A stretch of DNA of 64,000 bases from a virus: the IMG/VR virus record IMGVR_UViG_3300028883_000046, positions 11,718-75,717 of that record; one strand, 5' to 3'. The notes beneath the pieces are model-generated. The model worked only from the letters and a program-made list of their open reading frames with translations, ran no database searches and was not told the origin of the DNA. Below are positions 10,292-18,908 of this stretch, piece after piece. Position 1 is the stretch's first letter, and each line of letters opens with the position of its first letter. Position numbers and translations under genes: made by a program.

Positions 10292-13231
10292 ATGGCTGTA
10301 TATCTACTCGTTATTGCGTTGGTAGTACTTGCAGCCGGTTTGTATATGGCTTCAATGAACCAACCAGATCAAAATCAGCAGGACATGGCTCCGAACGGGA
10401 TTGACTCTTTCAAGGCAACGACAAACCAGGAAGGAGCAGTAGTTCCCGTTATGATAGGTGAAGGAAGACTTTCTGCCAATTTACTTTGGTTTGGAAATCT
10501 TGTAACAGAAGAAATTGTAGAAGAGATGGAAACGGGAGGCAAGGGCGGAGGAGGTGGCGGAAATGAGGACGTAGTAACAGGCTATAGATATTATATGGAT
10601 GTTTGGGAAGCAATTTGTGTTGGGCCAGATGTAGAAATAGTCCAAGTTTTCCAAAACGACAAACCAATAAATCTTATTGGAACCTTAAACCCTGGAGATA
10701 CTCTTTACTTCCCAACCGAGGCTGGTCAATACTCTGCGCCTTTAAATCCTGTAGCGCATGTTTTTATGAGCCGTCAATGGATAGGAGATAATGTAAGCTC
10801 CGTTCCAACTTATCACTGGGCAGTAAAGAAAACAAGCAATGCGCCTTTAAATCATGCGAACCTAACGAATGGTACAAACCCTGCGGCCGCAATATATGAC
10901 ATTTTGATAATGTCTGGAACCAAGGCTTCTTCTTTTGTTTTAAGTTCTTTCCAGGATGCCGCGGACTACTGGTACGATAAGGGCTATGGAATAAATCTTG
11001 CTTTGAACAAACAAGAAGAAACAAGGAATATTATAAAAAGAATTTTTACCTATGTTGATGGAAATTTGAGAGTAGATAACCAGGACAGATTTGAATTGGT
11101 CGCCTGGAAAGATACGGATACCTATCAATATGAAATTGACGAAGAAGACCTAAAAGATTTTAATTTTAGGAGAAGAAGTTGGTATGACGTATATACCGAC
11201 TTTAGAGCCAATTTTATTTACAAACAAAAGAATTACACCCAAAGAACTTTACGGGTAAGAAATACTGCCGTTAAAGATATCATTGGGCAAGACAAACAAA
11301 TTACTATTGACCTAACCGCTTTCAACGATATAACTGCCGCCTCGAAAAGACTTTGGGAGTTAATGAAACAACTATCCTATCCAGAAGCGGAAGCCTCTGC
11401 CAAGGTTAGTTTAAAATATTCAAAAGTAAAAGTTGGTGACGTTGTTAGAGTAAGTTACTCTCCATATGAAATAACAAACATGGATTTTAGAGTAATAGGG
11501 ATTGACGTAGCAAAAGCAGATAGTAATGAAATCTCTTGGAACATGCGCCAATTGACTACTACTCTATTTGATACGAATTTTGGATTGGGCGGTGAGCCGC
11601 AATGGGTCGAACCCGACTACTCACCACAAGAGCCTTTGGACGTAGAGTTTTTCGAGCTTCCATATACTTCCAGAATTGAATATGACTACACAGCTAAATT
11701 TAGAGTTTCCTATTTGGTACTTGTAGCAAGAGCAGGAAACGAAACGGGCTTTCAAGTTCATACTTCCGGAAGCGGAAGTAATTACTCAAGAGCCCAAACC
11801 ATGTCAACGTTCTCTCAGGTAGGAACGCTTGACGAAGATTATCCGGCAGACACTTACAGTATTGACGACGAAACTGGAATTCTTTACACTCCCGAAAGAG
11901 AGGACCCGAAGTTTGGGAGTCTTTTCAGAAATGAACTTTTTACAAAGTTAAGATTTGCAATTATAGACGAAGAGATTCTTGCCTTTCAAACTGTAGATTA
12001 CGAGGGAGAAGAAAGTATCAGGCTAACGGGAGTAATTCGCGGCATACTAAATACACCCATAGAAACACATACCGCAGGATCGAAGATATGGATAACAAGT
12101 TTCAGAAATAATATTTTAAGTGAGACCGAATATCACGAGTTTAATGCCAAGGTAGTAACCACTTTTGGAGGCGAAGTATTTGATATATCCGAAGTATCGC
12201 CAATTACTGTTACAGAAACGCAGAAAGCCGCGCAACCTTGGACGCCTTGGAATGCTTATGCAGAAAGAGACGGCGTAACCATTAACGTTACCGTGGCGCA
12301 CACCACAAAGGCTACAGATGGCGCTGGTGTACTTCCCGCAGAATCGCAAAAAACAGTAGAAAAGCAATTAGCCGAAGGGTTTGTCCTTTGGTGGACAAGT
12401 GTTGACTCTACCGTAAATGAAGAGAGATATGGGAAGTTCGACTATATCAACGGCTCGGCCGGAAATCATACTCTTTACATAGCTCAAATAAACAGCCTTG
12501 GATTCCAAACGGACACAATAGAGATAGTTGTTGGTCCTGACGATGGCGACTATTTCTGCGACGATCACTTGACCGAAAATTATTCTTTCGAAAAAATTCA
12601 ATATGGTTCGCAAAACTGGATCGATATTATGAACAGGAACGCAACCAGATTGAATGACGAAGTTTTGAAAATTTCAGGATTGATTGACGTTGATTTGTCC
12701 GGTATAGCTGATACAAATGCAATAGCCTGGAATAGTACTTCCGAGAAATACGAGCCGGTCGACTGGTTAACAACGTTCCCGACTTCTACTACTACCAGCA
12801 CTACCAGCACAACCAACACGCAGTCAACCACAACCAACACACAGTCTACCACAACGTCAAGTACTTCGACCACAACGTCAAGTTCCAGCACAACCAACAC
12901 GCAATCGACCACAACGTCAAGTACTTCGACAACGACCGAGTCGCAAACGTCAACCTCGACTGTTACCAACACGGGGACAACGACAACCAACACGCAATCG
13001 ACAACGAGTAGTAGTTCAACGACAACGACTCAAACCAGCTCTACCAGTACGACTTCTACCAGCACGACAACAACCAACACGGTAACAGAAAGTACTTCTA
13101 CCTCGACCACAAGTACCAGCTCTTCCAGCACGACAACAACAACGACGCCTCCTGGCGCGGGCGGAGCCTATGAGGGCGAAGACGTTATGAGTGATGCATT
13201 TTATATTGATGGGATTATGATCCCAGCCTAA
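10292..13231 (+). CDS. Large tail tip / central fibre protein with mucin-like Thr/Ser-rich C-terminal region
   Basis: 'EGAVVPVMIG', 'GGKGG', 'NPAAAIYDIL', 'LTGVIRGILNT...H.AG' GTA-like tip motifs; Thr/Ser tract 12770-13147. Confidence 0.85.
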   Translation: MAVYLLVIALVVLAAGLYMASMNQPDQNQQDMAPNGIDSFKATTNQEGAVVPVMIGEGRLSANLLWFGNLVTEEIVEEMETGGKGGGGGGNEDVVTGYRYYMDVWEAICVGPDVEIVQVFQNDKPINLIGTLNPGDTLYFPTEAGQYSAPLNPVAHVFMSRQWIGDNVSSVPTYHWAVKKTSNAPLNHANLTNGTNPAAAIYDILIMSGTKASSFVLSSFQDAADYWYDKGYGINLALNKQEETRNIIKRIFTYVDGNLRVDNQDRFELVAWKDTDTYQYEIDEEDLKDFNFRRRSWYDVYTDFRANFIYKQKNYTQRTLRVRNTAVKDIIGQDKQITIDLTAFNDITAASKRLWELMKQLSYPEAEASAKVSLKYSKVKVGDVVRVSYSPYEITNMDFRVIGIDVAKADSNEISWNMRQLTTTLFDTNFGLGGEPQWVEPDYSPQEPLDVEFFELPYTSRIEYDYTAKFRVSYLVLVARAGNETGFQVHTSGSGSNYSRAQTMSTFSQVGTLDEDYPADTYSIDDETGILYTPEREDPKFGSLFRNELFTKLRFAIIDEEILAFQTVDYEGEESIRLTGVIRGILNTPIETHTAGSKIWITSFRNNILSETEYHEFNAKVVTTFGGEVFDISEVSPITVTETQKAAQPWTPWNAYAERDGVTINVTVAHTTKATDGAGVLPAESQKTVEKQLAEGFVLWWTSVDSTVNEERYGKFDYINGSAGNHTLYIAQINSLGFQTDTIEIVVGPDDGDYFCDDHLTENYSFEKIQYGSQNWIDIMNRNATRLNDEVLKISGLIDVDLSGIADTNAIAWNSTSEKYEPVDWLTTFPTSTTTSTTSTTNTQSTTTNTQSTTTSSTSTTTSSSSTTNTQSTTTSSTSTTTESQTSTSTVTNTGTTTTNTQSTTSSSSTTTTQTSSTSTTSTSTTTTNTVTESTSTSTTSTSSSSTTTTTTPPGAGGAYEGEDVMSDAFYIDGIMIPA
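12770..13147 (+). repeat. Degenerate coding repeats (TTNTQS, TTTSSTS units) forming a Thr/Ser tract
   Basis: Repeated ACCAACACGCA and ACCACAACGTCAAGT blocks across 126 codons. Confidence 0.85.
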
Positions 13232-13257
13232 TTAGTACAATAAAAGGAGAAGAGAAA

Positions 13258-14526
13258 ATGACGTTTAAAAGACTTGTTGCCTACAATGCTTCAAACACCG
13301 CCGACTTCTGCGAACAAATGAAGGATCTCATGGTTGCCGCTGGTTGGACTCTTCATGATGATTTGTCTTCTGCTACACCACCAAGATATATTATGAAGAC
13401 AAATGGTGAAGCACCCGAAACAAAGTGTCCTTGCTATCTTGAAATAAAATGGGACGCAAGTTATGCCGATAAAATTTCCATGTTGATGTACCTCTATTGG
13501 AATAACTCTACTCATTCGGGAGTAGTACAAATTGGATCTGAAACTGGCAACTATATGTATTCGGACGACGATGCTTCCTTTTATGGGTGGATTTATACAA
13601 GTAAAGATTTTGTAATCATCATAACAAAAATTGGCGCTACCTACTATGGAGGTTGGTGCTCACGTTTCCAGCCTGGATATCAATTTATTGGTTTTCTACA
13701 GTCAAGCGCTTCTGCGGGATCGAGTGTTACACTTCAACTTGGAAAAGGACAAACACGCGGAGCAGTAGTTGGCGCGAAGTGTATGGTGGTATGTTACGAT
13801 GGCACAGTTGGGAGAGATCACGATTGCGAAATTACTGCCGTTGACGATGATAACAACCAAATAACGGTTGACGCTTTAACCTATACTTTCCCTGCGGGAT
13901 CCTCGGTTGGATTTGTTCCCTATCCTTGGTTGTTATCCAGATTTTCGAATAGTGCTTCTCAATACAGCCTTTGGGGTGCTTCTGGAACGAGCGCATACAC
14001 TACCGGTGGAAATGCTCTTCAAACTTTGACCTATCAATATGTTGATCCAGAAGAGTTAACCGGAATGTATATGCTTCTTCCTTATTGTTTGCTTCGCTCC
14101 GGTGCTGGGTATGCCGGATTTATAGATAGATGGTTGCTCGGCGATGCTTTTACAACAAGCTCTTATGAAGACACAGTAGGAGTGGGAGTAATTCAGGGAG
14201 ACACGGTAGCAACTGGTGGTGGAAGTAATACTCTTGCCGATACAAATCAATCTTGGGAAGTTGATGCTCTCATTGATTATGCCGTGATTATCATATCAGG
14301 CACTGGTGCTGGTCAAATTAGGACGATTTCTGATAACACGGCAATAGGATTGACGGTTGACGATAATTGGAGCGTACAGCCAGACAGTACTTCCCATTAT
14401 ATTATTTGTAGCGAAGCCTATAGACACTTTGGCTTCAACTCTACTTCCTATTCGAAAAGTATATTTGAAGGCGGGCATTATACCCCCGCATTGTGTTATG
14501 AAATTACGACAACCACTACCGTTTAG
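13258..14526 (+). CDS. Virion structural / fibre-like protein ending in a short Thr tail
   Basis: 'LMVAAGWTLHD' N-terminus; 'IISGTGAGQIRTISDNT'; ends ITTTTTV. Confidence 0.6.
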   Translation: MTFKRLVAYNASNTADFCEQMKDLMVAAGWTLHDDLSSATPPRYIMKTNGEAPETKCPCYLEIKWDASYADKISMLMYLYWNNSTHSGVVQIGSETGNYMYSDDDASFYGWIYTSKDFVIIITKIGATYYGGWCSRFQPGYQFIGFLQSSASAGSSVTLQLGKGQTRGAVVGAKCMVVCYDGTVGRDHDCEITAVDDDNNQITVDALTYTFPAGSSVGFVPYPWLLSRFSNSASQYSLWGASGTSAYTTGGNALQTLTYQYVDPEELTGMYMLLPYCLLRSGAGYAGFIDRWLLGDAFTTSSYEDTVGVGVIQGDTVATGGGSNTLADTNQSWEVDALIDYAVIIISGTGAGQIRTISDNTAIGLTVDDNWSVQPDSTSHYIICSEAYRHFGFNSTSYSKSIFEGGHYTPALCYEITTTTTV

Positions 14527-14537
14527 GAGAAGAAGTA

Positions 14538-15338
14538 ATGACGCATTATAACGCTATGCTATTATCCCTTGAAAGCCCTGCGAGTCGCGCTTTTGCGAAT
14601 GCTTCTTTAACGCCTTTGCCTGACAATTTCGGGATTGAATATTTGTTAAGGACGCAAACTTCGCACAATATCAATTATATGTTTAATGACTTCTCAGCCG
14701 CACCAATAGGCAATAAAATTTTGGTACAGGGATATCAAGACTCGCAGTATCCAGGGCTGGTAGTAAATCATCCGTCGGTAATTCACACAAGGTCAAAGTA
14801 TCAATACGAGGCAGTGGTACCAAATACTGATTATTGCGGCGTAAGAAATGAAAATTCAAACAGTGTGGCGGCTTATACTTATAATCTGACGGGTACAACT
14901 TATTACTATTCCGGAATTGACGGGTGGGATCCGGGTGTAGATCTCACGATTTGCCGCGTCCATGCGGCAATGTTGAGATACGGAAGCTTTGATGGATTAG
15001 GTAGATCGGTGTACTTTACTATATGGTCAAAGGATGGTAATGATCTGGATGAAGTATTGTACGAAACTTCTTTTCCTATGACTGACGAAGTATCAAATAG
15101 CGGAGTGAAATTTTACCCGTTTTATATTACTCCCAATTATACTCTTTTAAACGGCACAACCTACGCCTTTACACTTTCGACAAAGGCGGTTGATAGTAGT
15201 CATTATATAAAAACTTATAGAGGTGGTGTAAGTAGCGGCTTATTTGGTATAACGGCCGCTTGGAATAGTAGTAAGGTAAGAACTGCCACAAATACTTTTA
15301 GACCAAGTTTCATCTTTTATACAAGGACTGGATCATGA
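14538..15338 (+). CDS. Putative receptor-binding / beta-sandwich virion protein
   Basis: Aromatic, beta-rich; distal position in tail module. Confidence 0.4.
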   Translation: MTHYNAMLLSLESPASRAFANASLTPLPDNFGIEYLLRTQTSHNINYMFNDFSAAPIGNKILVQGYQDSQYPGLVVNHPSVIHTRSKYQYEAVVPNTDYCGVRNENSNSVAAYTYNLTGTTYYYSGIDGWDPGVDLTICRVHAAMLRYGSFDGLGRSVYFTIWSKDGNDLDEVLYETSFPMTDEVSNSGVKFYPFYITPNYTLLNGTTYAFTLSTKAVDSSHYIKTYRGGVSSGLFGITAAWNSSKVRTATNTFRPSFIFYTRTGS

Positions 15339-15541
15339 CTATTTTATCTACCGGTTTAGAAACTTTTGATTATAGCGCGCCAGGCTGGAATCACATTTAC
15401 AATAGGAACATGGAATTGCTTGACGCAGAACTTTTAAAACTAAATGCTTTACATGACGTTGATACCTCTGCATTGGCAGATGGTGCCGTCCTTTTATATA
15501 ACTCTACAACCGCAACCTGGGAAGTAAAGGTGAATTCATGA
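15335..15541 (+). CDS. Small tail-fibre-like protein, homologous to tip segment 12581-12757
   Basis: 'LNALHDVDTSALADGAVLLYNSTTATW' fibre-type repeat. Confidence 0.6.
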   Translation: MTILSTGLETFDYSAPGWNHIYNRNMELLDAELLKLNALHDVDTSALADGAVLLYNSTTATWEVKVNS

Positions 15542-15750
15542 GCAGTACTTTAAACCCTTCTGGGCTAATAATAAACAGTTATGGCGAGGATTGGGCGATA
15601 CACCAAAACTCAAATATTACTTCTTTAAATGGAACTCTTCTAACGTTATCCGGCTTAGGCGACGTTGAAACTACAGCTTTGACTACCGACGATGCGCTCC
15701 AGTATGATTCTGCCGGAGAAAGATTTATAAACGTAAATACTGCCTCTTGA
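15538..15750 (+). CDS. Small tail-fibre-like protein, paralog of 15335 ORF
   Basis: 'LSGLGDVETTALTTDDALQYDS..RF'; ATGA overlap. Confidence 0.6.
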   Translation: MSSTLNPSGLIINSYGEDWAIHQNSNITSLNGTLLTLSGLGDVETTALTTDDALQYDSAGERFINVNTAS

Positions 15751-15765
15751 TATTTCTAACAACAG

Positions 15766-16032
15766 GTGAACGAAATGACAGATCAAATCATCAAAGAAGC
15801 AACCGGGTTAATGAAAATCATAAACGACCCTATATTAATTGTTTTAACGGTCGTAATTTTTGCTCTTTTAGTTTTTATTTACTATATGGCGCGGCAAGCC
15901 GATGGGAAAGAAAAAAGATATTTTGATTATACAAAGATCTTGAACGAAGAGATCCACGCCAATAGTCAAACACTCGTTAAACTTACCACATTGATCGAAG
16001 TACTTGTCCACGGCAGAGGAAAGAACTCGTAA
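15766..16032 (+). CDS. Putative holin-like single-TM protein
   Basis: One TM helix then coiled coil; first gene after the tail module. Confidence 0.4.
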   Translation: MNEMTDQIIKEATGLMKIINDPILIVLTVVIFALLVFIYYMARQADGKEKRYFDYTKILNEEIHANSQTLVKLTTLIEVLVHGRGKNS

Positions 16033-16076
16033 CCTTAGGATTGATAGTAATGCAATAAAGAACGGGTTAAATTAAA

Positions 16077-16307
16077 ATGAGAAAAATTATGAACTTTCTA
16101 AAAAGAAAAGTCTCTGTTAAATCTCTTGGTAGAGAAGAGAAGACGGAAATTATGTTGAGTACTGCCCAGGAAGAGGCAAAAAAGGCAAGAAAAATTGCAG
16201 AAGAAAAAATAGACAATATCTATGCCCAACTAAACGGTTGTGGTGATAGATGGTTTCTAATGCCAAAAAAGACGATTGATAGTTGTAAAGAGGAGGAAAA
16301 TAATTAA
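16077..16307 (+). CDS. Hypothetical protein
   Basis: 76 aa ORF, stop overlaps next ATG. Confidence 0.5.
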   Translation: MRKIMNFLKRKVSVKSLGREEKTEIMLSTAQEEAKKARKIAEEKIDNIYAQLNGCGDRWFLMPKKTIDSCKEEENN

Positions 16308-17104
16308 TGGACGCTCTAATGTTCTTTAATCTTTCAACCGCTGTAATCTCATTTTTCGGTTTTATGATTTTTGTTCAATGGTGGGTCACAACGAGAAAGG
16401 CGACGATAGTATATATCTATATCCTTTTACTTATCTTTGCCATAGGTGTGGAAAATCTTATAGAGTTTTACTTCCGGTATAACCATTATGATGCCATACA
16501 ACAACTTGCCTCGGCAGGTTGCTCGGTATGCGCTCATCTTTTTGATAAATATTGGATGTTTAAGGGATTGCTTGTGTTTGTTGTTATTAGCATATTCATG
16601 CTTCATATGATCCAAAGAATTTACCATACGATGTTTAAAATAAAAAAAATACAAAGCGAGGTAGAAAAGTATTACAACCCAAATGCCTCGTTTTTTGTTT
16701 TGATAGTAGAAGACGATCTTTTAATACCTGCTATCCTTGGCGAATACATTTCAAAGAAATCTAAGGGCGCAAGTGTTGTTGTTAGATCCTCAGCCGAAGA
16801 AGCACTCGAATACCTTGGAAAAGATCCTTCAATAAATATGATTCTATGCGATATAGCGCTGAAAGGCAAAATGACCGGCTTTGATTTAATTAGAACAGTA
16901 AAGAAAAGCTATCCTTGGATAATCAATATCTGTATGACAGGCTATCCTGGAAGATATAGTCTTCACGATGCAAGAAAAGAGGGCTTCGATGATTACTTCA
17001 TTAAACCGTTTAGGCTTGACGATATTGCCAAATCGATGAATTATCACAGGCAGAAAATGGTAAGATGGGGTAATATTACAAATAGAGCGGATCGAGTAGT
17101 ATAA
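16307..17104 (+). CDS. Membrane protein (~3 TM) with C-terminal response-regulator receiver domain
   Basis: Three hydrophobic segments, then 'VLIVEDD', 'ILCDIAL' (phospho-Asp), 'MTGY', 'IKPF'. Confidence 0.85.
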   Translation: MDALMFFNLSTAVISFFGFMIFVQWWVTTRKATIVYIYILLLIFAIGVENLIEFYFRYNHYDAIQQLASAGCSVCAHLFDKYWMFKGLLVFVVISIFMLHMIQRIYHTMFKIKKIQSEVEKYYNPNASFFVLIVEDDLLIPAILGEYISKKSKGASVVVRSSAEEALEYLGKDPSINMILCDIALKGKMTGFDLIRTVKKSYPWIINICMTGYPGRYSLHDARKEGFDDYFIKPFRLDDIAKSMNYHRQKMVRWGNITNRADRVV

Positions 17105-17123
17105 AAAAGAAAGGAGAAGTAAA

Positions 17124-17525
17124 ATGGAATACGGTGAGATTATTCAAAGATTTTTTATCGAAGTGGTATTTCCAATTCTTGGCGCGGTCGTTCTATCTCT
17201 TATTGGCCTGGTTATCAAAAAGATATCCGCGAAACTCGGCAATGAAGAGATCTTGAAACATCAGACCCAGATTGAAGAGCTGGCAATATCTGCAATTGGA
17301 TATGCAGAAGAAAAAGCTCTTGAGCGCATGAAAAAAGGACCTCAAGATAAAATCACAGGTGAACAAAAGCTTGATATGGCTATTGGCTGGCTTATGTCCA
17401 AAGCAAAGGCGGTCGATAGAGATCAAGCAAGAGAATGGATAGAGGGCACCATACCCAAGCTTGCTGGTATGGGAGCTACTGGCGAGAAGACAATAAAAAA
17501 GATAGAGGAGGATTGCGATGTTTAA
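17124..17525 (+). CDS. Putative holin (LL-H-like)
   Basis: N-terminal TM, then 'SAIGYAEE...GEQKLDMAI...IEG'. Confidence 0.6.
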   Translation: MEYGEIIQRFFIEVVFPILGAVVLSLIGLVIKKISAKLGNEEILKHQTQIEELAISAIGYAEEKALERMKKGPQDKITGEQKLDMAIGWLMSKAKAVDRDQAREWIEGTIPKLAGMGATGEKTIKKIEEDCDV

Positions 17526-17889
17526 GACAAGGAAGAGTATTTTTTTGATTTGTTTGGTGGTTATGTTTTTTCTTTCCGCATGTTCTACAATGCAGACAAT
17601 TCAAACACCGAAAGAGAAAGCCATCTGGATGTTTTCTATTTACAATGCCCAGTATAGCGACTACCAAACGCTAACCGGCCATGTATTCGACACCGAAAAA
17701 AATGATTGGGTCAAAGTCTCTTCGCCTGATTTGTCCGAGGATCAAAAAAAGATCTTGAACGAAAAGAAGAAAGTATTGACCGAGGTTTACCCGCTTATTC
17801 TTTTGTATGATTCTTATGTATCGACAAATACCGTTCCAAGCGAGGAGGTGGAACAGAAAATCATCGGCTTATTGAACAGTATTAAATAA
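17518..17889 (+). CDS. Lipoprotein
   Basis: Basic N-terminus, hydrophobic core, lipobox LSA-C. Confidence 0.7.
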   Translation: MFKTRKSIFLICLVVMFFLSACSTMQTIQTPKEKAIWMFSIYNAQYSDYQTLTGHVFDTEKNDWVKVSSPDLSEDQKKILNEKKKVLTEVYPLILLYDSYVSTNTVPSEEVEQKIIGLLNSIK

Positions 17890-17922
17890 GAGATTAAAAC
17901 AGTATAATGAAGGGAGAAGTAA

Positions 17923-18087
17923 ATGGACACAAGTCAAGTTTTGGTTGAGTTGGCAAAGGTTGCGGTGAATTCTTTTTTCACCTACATGAAATTGGCAAAC
18001 AAAACACAGGAGGAAATTGAAGAGATTTTTAAGGCAGAGGAAAGGAAGTTTCTTTTAAACGATCCAAGCAAACTCGAAGACGTATAG
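17923..18087 (+). CDS. Small hypothetical protein (54 aa, not in ORF track)
   Basis: GGAGAAGTAA-ATG; MDTSQVLVELAKV...PSKLEDV*; fills the gap. Confidence 0.65.
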   Translation: MDTSQVLVELAKVAVNSFFTYMKLANKTQEEIEEIFKAEERKFLLNDPSKLEDV

Positions 18088-18098
18088 GAGGTTTTGAA

Positions 18099-18803
18099 AT
18101 GAGAAAGATTGTTTTGCTTCTCATGATTCTATTTTTTATCCCATGTTTTTTCATTCTGCCATATTCGGCAATAGCCGGTACTGTTACACTGGCATGGGAT
18201 GCAAACGACCCGCAACCCGACGGTTATCTTCTCTACCAAAGAGATAGTGATCAAAATTATAATTACGACACTCCCGTTGCAAATCTCCCAGGTAGTGAAA
18301 CAACCGTAACATTGAATAACCTGGGAGAAATTGGCAAAAGTATTACCTATTATTGGGTCGTGCGGGCTTATCTTGATAAACCGTCAGGCTTAGACGTAAG
18401 CGGCGACTCAAACGAGGTAAGCAATACTTATGATTATACCTTGCCACAATCCGCGACAGGATTAGAAGCAACATACAACGAAGCGGACGAAACCATTACG
18501 GTAGCTTGGCAACAAGACAATCCTGGTGAAGTAGTAAATTGGAAAATATATACTTCTGAAACTCAGGGCGGCCCTTATGTGCTTTTTGATACGGTCGCAA
18601 ATACAGGACAAACCACGCCAACAACTACTAAGGCAATATCCGTTCCCGAAGGTACAAGGAAAACGATTTACTTCGTTGTTGTTTCTTTTAAATCCGAAGA
18701 AATCTATAGTGGAAACTCTTCCGAGGTATTCGTTATTGTAGACAAGCGAGTGGTTGTTCCGCCCGTCTTGCGAATTACCGCGACGATCCCAGTAACCGAT
18801 TAG
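18099..18803 (+). CDS. Secreted protein with two fibronectin type III-like domains
   Basis: Signal peptide; 'VTLAWDAN..DGYLLY', 'YYWVVRAY', 'SGDSNEVS', repeated as 'ITVAW', 'YFVVVSF', 'SGNSSEV'. Confidence 0.75.
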   Translation: MRKIVLLLMILFFIPCFFILPYSAIAGTVTLAWDANDPQPDGYLLYQRDSDQNYNYDTPVANLPGSETTVTLNNLGEIGKSITYYWVVRAYLDKPSGLDVSGDSNEVSNTYDYTLPQSATGLEATYNEADETITVAWQQDNPGEVVNWKIYTSETQGGPYVLFDTVANTGQTTPTTTKAISVPEGTRKTIYFVVVSFKSEEIYSGNSSEVFVIVDKRVVVPPVLRITATIPVTD

Positions 18804-18822
18804 TAAGTTCAACAAATCCTTT

Positions 18823-18881
18823 ATCTGCTCTTTCACAATTGCACCACGACGATGGAAAGCAAAGTGGAAGAGCAGATTTTT
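18823..18881 (+). terminator. Long hairpin with U-tract before the glycosyltransferase cluster
   Basis: ATCTGCTCTTTCAC / GTGGAAGAGCAGAT 14-bp stem (one G-U), then TTTT. Confidence 0.55.
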
Positions 18882-18908
18882 ATTAACTCAAGAAAGGAAA
18901 TATAAGAA

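Noticed and set aside
12598-12993. Poly-Val ORF on the - strand
   Set aside because: Antisense shadow of the Thr tract in the tail-tip gene.
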